From positions 44,764,001 through 44,828,000 of the forward strand of contig OX597820.1 of the NCBI GenBank assembly GCA_951406725.2: 64,000 nt of DNA. Reading direction: 5' to 3'. Below, in pieces: positions 53,515 to 64,000 of the stretch. The DNA is from Octopus vulgaris. Its lineage: Eukaryota. Position numbers and translations under genes: made by a program. The notes below the pieces were generated by a model. That model did not search any database. It was not told the origin of the DNA and saw only the letters and a program-made list of their open reading frames with translations. The first letter of the stretch is position 1. Every line of letters starts with the position of its first letter.

Positions 53515-54219
53515 TTAACATTCACTTTTCCATGTCAGCATAGATCAAACAGAATTTATGGAGGAAGAATTTTTACAGACAGATGCCCTTCCTATTGCAA
53601 ATCCTCACCTGTTTCCAAGTAAGGTAATATTTCCTAATGACCAGGCATATCTCATAAGACTGTAAATGAAGAACAGCATTTGCATGACAGTGACCATTAC
53701 TTACAGCTATCACATGAAGTTAAAGCTAGGAGGTGGCTAGCCAGAGGACTGCACCAAGCTCTTCTAACCACTTTGGTATGGGTTTCATAGCTGTCTGTCC
53801 TTCCTAAAGCCAACCACTTTGCAGAGAGTACTGCATGCTTTTTATGTGGCACCCACACTGGTGAGGTCACTAAGTAATATGTAAAACAAATAAAAAGACC
53901 TCCCTCGACTAAGGGAGGAGTAGTATTCAGAGAGTTTCCTTGCAGCTTCCTTTTGGATTTTGCTGCAACACAAATGTTTCCCTGAGTGAAATCCTTTTTC
54001 CCCAAGATTTTGTTGGTTTTGAACTGTTGCTGGTGTTTTTGTGACTGATTTTTTTCTAGGTAAGGATGTTGGTGTTACACAAACCCATTTTTCACCACTG
54101 AGAAGAAGTAATCTATATTAGCCTAGCCTCTATCCTTTGACCAGCCCAGCAGTGGAGGTCTTACAAGGAGCTTGTGTTCTATTGGCATAGCTCTCAGGGT
54201 GACTGAGGCACACAATTTT

Positions 54220-54450
54220 TCTCATTCTTAGTTCCATATTTCGTCTTGCTGCTCGTGGCCTGTGCCACCCCATTACCATTTTCATTTCTGTCCCCATCCC
54301 TAAACTCGCTTCCGGTCGCAGCCATCTATTTAAAAACACTCGATTTCATGTGGTTCCTTACATATTCATTTCTCTGCCGAACGATGTCTAAAAGCTAAGA
54401 TTTGTCTCTCATTTTTCTTTCCATCTCCTTGCACTTCATTCGCCACTAAT
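54220..54450 (-). mobile_element. highly decayed LINE C-terminal fragment
   Basis: Minus-strand peptides MERKM...RNEYVR and V.GWHRPR resemble RTE-like C-termini. Confidence 0.4.
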
Positions 54451-54798
54451 ACCTAAAATGTTTTATCCACTAGCAGCTTGTGTTTTTTTTCATTGAAAAT
54501 GTTCCCTCAAATATAATTTTAATTTTAGCCCTATTTCGTAATTTTGTTAAGATAATTGTTTCATATGCATGTATATATATATGTGTGTGTGCATACATAC
54601 ATTACATACATACAATTATATACACATATAGTCCACAAATGAGACCAAGAGATTCTCAGTATAAAAGACACTTAGTAGTGCTCAAAAGATTCAAAATTAG
54701 ATTCTGATGTCTTTACTGGGAATCGATTCCATGGGTAATATATCTAATTTGTTTATCTGTATAATATGCCTCTATATACATACATACATATATACATG

Positions 54799-54839
<41 letters not shown>

Positions 54840-56297
54840 GGTGCTTTTACAAGGTTAATTCTGAATAAAAATCTCATTTGGTTATTAACTATGACCAAGT
54901 TTGTGATTAAATTGTTTTAATCTGTTTTTCTATGCTGGTGAAGCAACTGGTTGAACGGATACATATTTGAGGCAGAATCCTGCAGACAAATGCTCTTCCT
55001 ATCTTTAATACTCACTTTTTTCCCGAACAGGGGAGTACAGAATGACATGATATATTGTCTACAAGGAATGTAAACATGAGATCACTGCTATTTTGCACAG
55101 TTGGTGACACGGATACTTGCAGAATGACAACAGTCATTCACACATGTGTGCATGCATGAAAATCTTTCATACAGCTTTCTGTCTACCCATTCCACTCACA
55201 AGGTTTTGGTCAGCCTGGGGCTATAGTAAAAGATACATGACCAAGATGCTATGCAATGGGACTGAACTCGGAACCATGTGGTCGGGAAGCCAACTTCTCA
55301 ACAAAACAGCCAAGCCTTTATCTACTGTACCTATGTGTGTGTGTGTGTGTGTATGCATCTCAAATTAGTATGTTAGAAACAGGTAAATAATTTAAAGCAT
55401 AATATAAACTGTATTCAGATAACAGTAACAGAAATTAGAAAAATAAAACAAAATAATGATAATAATAAAAAAATACGCACAAAGTTAAAGCACCTCTAAA
55501 AATAGAAATAATAATAGATTCTTCTTTCTGAAGCACCCTAGTGTGGGTGGTAAGGTAGCCAAAATACCACTTGTGACCTCTGACCCTTGGTCGGACTTCA
55601 GTCTATGACATTATAATGTTACTTGTATAAATTAAACAACAGCTAATTATCTTTTTCTTTTCTATAGTTGCTTTCATAAATGTTATTATATATTATATAT
55701 TATATATAGGCAGCTAAAGGCATGTTTGCTTAGATGAATAGAGACACCTACGCACTTGTAAAGAAACGCATATAATGTTTACAATTTCACAAGCATATGT
55801 GTGTGTGTGTGTGTGTAAGTGAGCGTGCACATGTGTGTGAGTGTGCTCACACACATGTGAGTGTATGTGTGTGTGTGCATATGTGCAGGCGCGAATGTAT
55901 GTGAATGAATGTTTGTGAGTATGTAAGTGCATCTGCACGCACACATATTTGTATGTAAAAGAGAGGAAGAAAGAGGGATGGTTAGAGCATATGTATGCCC
56001 CTTACATATTCACACCCATGCATGTATACACACACACACACATACATACATACATATGTGAAAAGCAGGTGGTAGTGTTATTGCAGTTGCTTTTCTCAAG
56101 ATTTTCTTTGCCACTTATTCATAAGAACCAATTAATTTCTTCGATTTTCTTCTTTCTGGAATGTTTCCTTCAAAAGAAAATTTTCTCCCTTACTCTGAAT
56201 AACTGATATTGTCTGTAGAATAAAATAATGTAAAATTCTTATGGCAATAAACACTCACATACATACATATATATGCAACATACATATACATACACAC

Positions 56298-56343
<46 letters not shown>

Positions 56344-56384
56344 TCATCATCATCGTTTAGCGCACACACAAACATATATACACG

Positions 56385-56426
<42 letters not shown>

Positions 56427-56474
56427 CGCACACACATACATATATATACACACACACAAATATATATATACACT

Positions 56475-56507
<33 letters not shown>

Positions 56508-56629
56508 CATAGATATATATATATATATACACATAGATATATGTAAAATATAGGGTAGTGAGTTTTTTTTTCGAAATTTCACTACCAGTGGCCTAGCATG
56601 TATAAAAAGTCAACAGATAACATATTCTC

Positions 56630-57021
56630 AATATAAAATAGTGTATATTTAAACACAAGAGAAAACTGCCTTCAATAGGCAGTTTTTACACGCTAGAAGA
56701 AGTAGTCAAAATGACCAAAACCACATTTAAGAGCAATCTTCAAAAGGAATGAAAAATATAAATTTTTACCTTGTTATTTTAATCTGGTCAGACCTAGGTT
56801 TCAATGAGAAATTCGCCTAGCAAATTATTTTATTTGCTAAAAAAATTTTGAAACCTAGGTCTGACCGGATTGAAATAACAAGGTAAAAGTTTTTATTTTT
56901 CATTCCTTTTGAAGATTGCTCTTAAATGTGGTTTTAGTCGTTTTGACTACTTTTTCTAGCGTATAAAGCTGCCTGTTGAAGGCAGTTTTCTCTTGTGTTT
57001 AAATGTACACTATTTTATATT
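56630..57021. repeat. ~175-bp-arm fold-back element whose centre is a truncated hammerhead
   Basis: Arms 56630-56804 and 56848-57021; centre ATGA-GAAATT...AATTTT-GAAAC-CTAG-GTC. Confidence 0.75.
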
Positions 57022-57039
57022 CACACACACACACATATA

Positions 57040-57225
57040 TAGTGAGAATTTACAAAAAAATAAAAGATGAAGATGGGTGAGCAAACAACAAACAGATGTA
57101 TTAGTTTAATGCTGGGGAAGTGAGAAAGTCTTTTATGTTTTGAGCCTACGCTCTTCAACAGAAAGGAACACAGAAATAAATAGGGAGAGAAAATAGAAAA
57201 AAGTGGCTAGCGATCCATCATGGTG
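57040..57225 (-). mobile_element. short element with a decayed hammerhead-like motif
   Basis: Minus strand TTT-CTGTTGA-A-GAGC-GTAG-GCTC-AAAAC-ATA-AAA at 57131-57164, flanked by (TA)/(CA) microsatellites. Confidence 0.5.
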
Positions 57226-58913
57226 TATGTATATGTGTGTATATATATACACACACACACACACATATACATATATAGATATATACATATATATATATAT
57301 ATATACATGTATATATATACACATATATATAGAGACACACACATATATACACACACATATATACACATACAAGGCTTTCGACACAGTTGATCATGGCATA
57401 TGTCACAAGCTGCGAAACCTTCTCTGTCATGGTCAATGCAATGATCACATGCTACACACCTTCCTTCCAAGCACTGCTGTAAACAGTGGAAGAGAGCTAG
57501 AATGTTAAAACTTAGTGTGTATGCACAGCAGAGTTCAAGGCCAATCTGTGCCAAGCAACTTCACTCTGCATGCTTTAGCCTCGTTACTATTGCAACAGTC
57601 TGAATACTTATTGATCAGACCACAAGTGTGTGTTTGTGTGTCTGTGTGTGTTTGTGTGTCTGTGTGTGTTTGTGTGTGTGTGTGTATTTAAGTATCTAAC
57701 TATTATAAGTATAACCTGATCACATAACTACACTTAATGGTTCATGGTGTAATTACTCAAATTATGGCAATTTTACTTTCAATGAAATCAATCAATAACA
57801 GTTGGTGACATCTGCTTGTAGTAGGAGTGGGGATGAACAACAGAGCAGAGAAATAACAATATTGTACTTGGTGGACTGGCATCAACATGTATGGGCTTTT
57901 TTTCTGGCTTCATCAAGCAAATGTCCTTGCTTACAAAGCAAACAATCATGACCAGATAAAATCACGGGCTTGTGGCAGAGCCATTTTAGCAGCATTGTAC
58001 ACCCACCACATATACCACCACCACCACCACCATCACCACCAATACCACCAGGCAAAGCAATGCACTGGGGCCACCTGAGTATACAACCCTAGCATGCATA
58101 GATCAACAATGGGCTTCCTAAATACATGGGACATCTAAGTAACTGCCCAATGTTCACATACTTTAAGATGGCAATGAGTGCTCCTCTTTGTAATCTTTCC
58201 TTAATTTCTCAAACATTTCAGCATCTTCCTAGGTGGACATGCTAAGTTTAAGCTAAATCTGCAATGTGGGCGAGAAATGCCTATTCTGGTTGTGCGACCA
58301 AACTATGTAATGAACTATAGTCCAAGGCAGCAAATTTGTAAGAGAACAATACAGGCAACTAAACTGACATCAATGCATGGTGGATATTTTCTTTTATCAA
58401 TTCTGGAGTGAATAAATATAAAGTCAAACCCAGCAGGATTGAATCCAGGACATTAAAGATCAAAACCTAAATACCATATCACCATTTCAATCAATACAAT
58501 GTTACAAAAAAATCAATGACGATGATAATTTCTTGCATAGCCACATCATCATCATTTAACATTCATTTTCCATGCTGGCATGGGTTGGATGGCTTGGCAG
58601 GTACTGACAAAGCCAGGAGCCATACCAGGCTCTATTTGTCTTTCTGGGCAGGGTTTCTACAGCTGGATGCCCTTCCTAATGCCAACCACTTTACAGAATG
58701 TACTGGATGCTTTTTACATGGCACCTGCACAGGCCAGAAATTTAGGGAGAGGGAATCAGTTCATTATATTGGGTTCAGTTAGGGGACTTTATTTTATTGA
58801 CTCTGAAAGGACGAAAGACAAAATCAAAGTCAGAACAAAAAGAGTCTTAACAAAATACCTCAAGGTATTTTATCCAGCACTTAAAAACAATAATTATAAT
58901 AATAATAATAATT

Positions 58914-59139
58914 CTTTATTGCCCACAGGGGGCTAAACATAGAGGGGACAAACAAGGACAGACAAGGGGATTAAATCGATTATATCGACCCCAGTGCATA
59001 ACTGGTACTTATTTAATCGACCTCGAAAGGATGAAAGGCAAAGTCGACCTCGGCGGAATTTGAACTCAGAACATAACGGCAGACGAAATACCGCTAGGCA
59101 TTTCGCCCAGCGTGCTAATGATTCTGTCAGCTCGCCGCC
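58914..59139 (-). mobile_element. well-preserved family-A SINE
   Basis: GGCGGCGAGCTGACAGAATCATTAGCACGC...GAGTTCAAATTCCGCCGAGGTCGACTTTGCC; flanked by (AAT)n. Confidence 0.88.
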
Positions 59140-61519
59140 TAATAATAATAATAATAATAATAATTATTATTATTATCCTTTCTACAAAAGGCACAAGGCC
59201 TGAAAATTTCAGGAAGGGTACTAGTTGATTACATCAATCCCACTGTTTCCCTAGTGCCCTTTTTATTGAGACCAAAAGGATGAAAGACAAAGTTGATTTC
59301 GGCAGAATTTGAACTCAGATCATAGCAATGCATAAAGTATCACAAAGCATTTTAATCCAGCATGCTAATGATTCTGCCAGCTCACCACCTTAATAATAAT
59401 AATGATAATAATAATTATGAATTAGAAATAAAGCTTTAAATCAGTAGTTCTCAACCATTTTTTGCCTATGGACACCTTTGATTCCTATTTTACTGGATCC
59501 CCGTGTTAAAAATTATCTTATTATATTTTTATAATTAAATATTATTAGAAATTGTAGTGGCTGTGTGGTAAGTAGCTTGCTTGCTAACCACATGGTTCTA
59601 GGTTCATTCTTGCTATGTGGCACCTTGGGAAAGTGTCTACTACTATAGCCTCGGGCCAACCAAAGCCTTGTGAGTGGATTTGGAAGACAGAAACTGAAAG
59701 AAGCCCGTCGTATATATGTATGTATAAATATATGTGTGTATATATGTTTGTGTGTCTGTGTTTGTTCCCCCAACATCGCTTGACAACCGATGCTGGTGTA
59801 TTTACGTCCCCGTAATTTAGCGGTTTAGGAAATGAGACTGATAGAATAAGTACTAGGCTTCCGAAGAATAAGTCCAGGGGTCGATTTGCTCGATTAAAAG
59901 GCAGTGCTCCAGCATGGCCACAGTCAAATGACTGACACAAGTAAAAGAGTAAAAAAAATTGTTAAAATATTTTGTGTATTGTTGATGTATAACCAATTTA
60001 TTGCTCATAAATTGTAACAAAATCTTATATGGACCCCCAAGGGCCACATAGACCCTGGTTGAGAATCACTGATGTAAACAGTGAGTAACCCCAGGAAAGC
60101 AAAGTAAAAACATTATTATTAAACATCAGAAAACAAAACCTGTATAATAGGTACTATATTATTTCAGTGTTAATTTGCTCTCTAATTATAATACATACAG
60201 CTTGATATAAGACTAACAAGAAGACTCATAATTCACACTGAGTGTCACTTTGTTAACAATGGAAAATTATTGATGTCTCTAAAACACATCAATGTCTAAA
60301 ATACTTTTTTATCTATCAATTAGTTCCATTTCATAAATGGCATTGAACTGGTTGAGTTGTTAAGAGTGTCGGATAGTTAACCATGTGAAATATGTTCCAG
60401 TTCTCTGCACTTCAAGTTCAAATGCTATCTAGGTCAACTTTCACCCTCTTGTCCTACTTCTTCTGATGCCATCCTCTATTTTTATTCACCCTCTCGGCCA
60501 TGTTTCCTTTACTGCACGGTGACAACACAGAATAGTGAGGATTTTTTATTCTTGTGGAATACAAGATGGCTTCACTATTGCCAATATCATGATTAAATGC
60601 AATTGGTTAGTACATGCTTTTAAGTGGTTGGTGTCATGAAGGGCACTCATTTATAATAACCTTGCCAAAATGTAATGTACATTCAAGACATGGCCATTTG
60701 ACCTGTCTACTGTGTAGTAGTATCAGTCAGGGTAAGTACTGAGTGGTACTACTACAACATGTCCAATACATGACAACATGGAAAGCAAACAGAGTGATGA
60801 TGATGGAGGACTGGAAACAAACATAACTTGTAATGATGTTGATGATATAGTGGTGATGATGATGATGATGATGATGATACTGATGATGGTGTGCAGAAAT
60901 TAGTGCACAAAAAGTAAAGTCAATTTGCATTGTTAAAACTGTGCTTAAATGTTTCTTGAATTAGAAAGTAATTAATTGGCAGTTCATTAGTAAAATAATT
61001 AAATCAGACAGTAAGAAGTATCTTTGGCTAACCACATAGCCAATAAATAGATAAAAATAAATATAATAATAATAATAATAATAATCACAGACATAGCTAT
61101 GTAGTGAAGAAATTCAGTTCACAACCATGTGGTTCCAGGTTCAATTTCACTCCATGGTATCCTGGGTCACACAGTGAAACTGAACCCCTTGTACAACACA
61201 GGATTGATTAATGTTTATGAGTAGAATTTGGTAGACAGAAATTGTGTGGAAGTCCTTCATGTGTTGGCATAAACTATGAAGATGACCAAGAGCTAACTAT
61301 AATTTTTAATCTGGAAATGATTTTATTAGTTACAAAATTATTCCCATAATCCCCTGCTACCTATTACAAAACACCATTATCATCTCTTTAGTCAAAAGAT
61401 GAGACTAAAATGGTTTTGAAACATTACATACAGGCATGACCATTACAGGTGCCAGTGCCATATAAAATGTACTTGTACCGATGCTGCATACATGCACCTG
61501 TGCTGGTGGTACTTAACTC

Positions 61520-62215
61520 TTTTTTTTTTTTTTTTGTCGCCCTTTTCAAGCTTAGCCCGGTTTCCAGGTTTCAGTGACGTATGTGTTCCCCCCAGCTGGA
61601 CGGAATGCCAGTCCATCGCAGCATTACTCAAGAAACAGGAAGAAAGAGTGAGAGAAAGTTGTGGTGAAAGAGTACAACAGGGGTCACCACTACCCCCTGC
61701 CGGAGCCTCGTGGAGCTTTTAGGTGTTTTCGCTCAATAAACACACACAATGCCCGGTCTCAGAATCGAAACCGCAATCCTCCGACTGAGTTTGCTGCCCT
61801 AACCACTGGGCCATTGCACCTCCACACTTAACCCTTTAGCATTCAGATTATTCTGTCAAGTATAATGTTTATTTATTTACATTGTTTTGAATTAATCACA
61901 CATTATCTTATAGCTTTGAGATATCGATGATGTGGATGTCTATTTTAAAAATGACATTGCAAAGTAAATCTCAGAGGCCAGATCTGGCCAGTTTAAACAC
62001 AAAACAGGTAGGATATTTTAGCCGGATATGGCTAGTTTAAACACTTAAGGGTTAAAAAGCACCCAGCACACTCTGTAAAGTGGTTGGCATCAGGAAGGGC
62101 ATCCAGCTGTAGAATCCATGCCACGAGCCTGGAGAGCTCCCCGGCTAGCCAGCTCCTTTCAAACTGTCCAACTCATGCCAGCATGGAAAAACAAACGTTA
62201 AATGCAGATGATGAT
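61520..62215. mobile_element. nested insertions: RTE tail interrupted by a piggyBac MITE (61832-62051) and a minus-strand SINE (~61520-61826)
   Basis: Tail sequence GGTGGTAC-TTAA resumes as TTAA-AAAGCACCC after the MITE; ACTTAAC is duplicated around the SINE. Confidence 0.7.
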
Positions 62216-64000
62216 GAAAAATCTTCAAGAAAAACATTAAATTCAAACATAGTTTGAGTTTAATATTAGTGTCCTCAGAATATAAATTTATGTGTTTCTG
62301 AGTCTGGATTTGTGTATACTGGTGTAAATTGGTTATGCTGCATCTCATTATACAAATGGTAACTTAGTCATATGATAGCAAAAAGATTGATAAGATAAGT
62401 ATCTAACTGAAATAAGTACTGTGATTCAATGTGGTCAACTAAAATCCCATAGAAAGTGTCATAGCATGGCTGCAGTCCAACAACAGTAACCAGCAAAAGA
62501 ATAAAGGAATGATAATGACAACGATAAAATAAAACCCTGTCTAAATATAGCTCGGTTTATTTCTAGTATTTGTGTAGCTAAATTATTCAACCTAGACATC
62601 CATTATTTAGGCCAGCCACACTAAGACTATGTAACAAACTATCATTGATGAACTGGTTAATTATATACAGATATCTCCTAAATAGTAATCTTTTAAGTAC
62701 AGTAAATCTAGACAAGTAATGTGGTGTCTGTTGATGATTCTACTGCAGATGTGACAGTCCTGTTTTGGACAGGTGAGTTAAAATTACAAACATCACAGGT
62801 ATCATCAATTAAAAATCCAGACAAACCAGCAAGAGGAATGTTATGTAGCTACTGTTTAACCCCAGGTCAGTCCTGACAGAACAGATCACCAATAGTCAGA
62901 GGTTTTCTAGCCCTGACCATCTTGCTTTTTTTTCCTAAGCACAGAAAATTTTTTATGGAATTCTGTAAAAGATGGTAGCCATCATTATCATTATTATTAT
63001 CATCGTTTTTATATCTATTTATTTTATGTGAGCATGGGTTGGATGAGACCTCTCCAACACAGCATCTCACAGCTTAGGGTAAAGACCCCTTTCGGTCAAG
63101 AATAACCATGGGATCGCACCTAGAAAGCTACCCTGAGGCATAAGTCCAGGCAAGATTGTTTATGGAAGACCAGCAATCACCCACCTCCACACCACCAATG
63201 TTATCCAAGAGAAAGGCAAAGGCCAATACAGCTTGGCACCAGTGACGTCGCAACTCATTTCTACAGCTGAGTGAACTGTAGCAACATGAAATAAAGTGTC
63301 TTGCTCAAGAACAACACACAGTCTGGTCCAAGAATCAAACTCACTACCTCATGACTGTGAGCCCAATGATCTAACCACCGAGCCATGCACCTTCACCCCA
63401 CAACTTATTGCATTACTTTGTCATCTCCTTCCTGGGGTTCAGCATCCTGTTCTCAGCTCTCTTTATTTCTGCTCATGTCTTCCTTGGTTTTTATCTTCTC
63501 CATGCATCTCCTGGCACTTGCTCACTCACTCACAGTACTCTCAACTCAAGTCAGGTATATCCTTTGACCAGATTATCCAATTGGGACCTTTTACTTTTTG
63601 TTGACATTTTTGTTTTAAGATCATAGTTTGGTTTCGGGGAGAATTTAAATTTAGCTGCTGTTTTTAGCAAGTAATGTAATAATGTAGAGCTTCCTTCCAT
63701 CATCATCATTCAGTTGTCCATGTTCCAAGATAGCATGTATCGAATCAACATCTGCTTTTCCATACTTGCATAGGTTAGGTGGAATTTGTTGTGGTAGGTT
63801 TTCTACAGCTGGATGACCTTTCCTGTTGCCAACCCTCACTTGTTTCCAAGCAAGGTAATATTTCCCCATAACCAGACTTGTTCTTTTTATGGGAGACTGG
63901 AAACAAACACTGCTTGTATGATAGTGGTGCTCATTTACAACCATGATGGCAAGACAAAGGTACACACAAACAGAAAGGCACACGTGCACACACACACACA

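Noticed and set aside
57370-57420. KAFDTVDHG peptide suggesting an RT gene
   Set aside because: Only a ~50-nt LINE scrap with no continuing frame.

Overview
AT-rich, repeat-dense animal genomic DNA. The SINE/LINE repertoire, (TA)n/(CA)n microsatellites and long introns suggest an octopus or other cephalopod (inference). Two convergent host genes are visible: the last three coding exons of FAM91A1 (+; 1-192, 2967-3036, 5644-5766) and one 2.45-kb terminal exon of a GAREM-like CABIT + proline-rich + SAM adaptor (-; 19370-21819), whose 5' exon(s) were not identified with confidence. The rest is intron or intergenic DNA filled with tRNA-derived SINEs, RTE-type LINE fragments, decayed Tc1 and mariner transposons, piggyBac/hAT/pogo-type MITEs and a Helentron-type element. 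The most notable signal is a Penelope-like (GIY-YIG) retroelement with ~620-bp inverted arms, plus at least five unrelated short non-coding elements with intact or decayed minimal hammerhead-ribozyme cores. Four of these are fold-back structures, mostly beside (TA)n tracts, and one has a tRNA/Pol III head. Together they suggest a community of ribozyme-bearing non-autonomous elements mobilised by Penelope-like enzymes. Family assignments are from recalled consensus motifs, not database searches.
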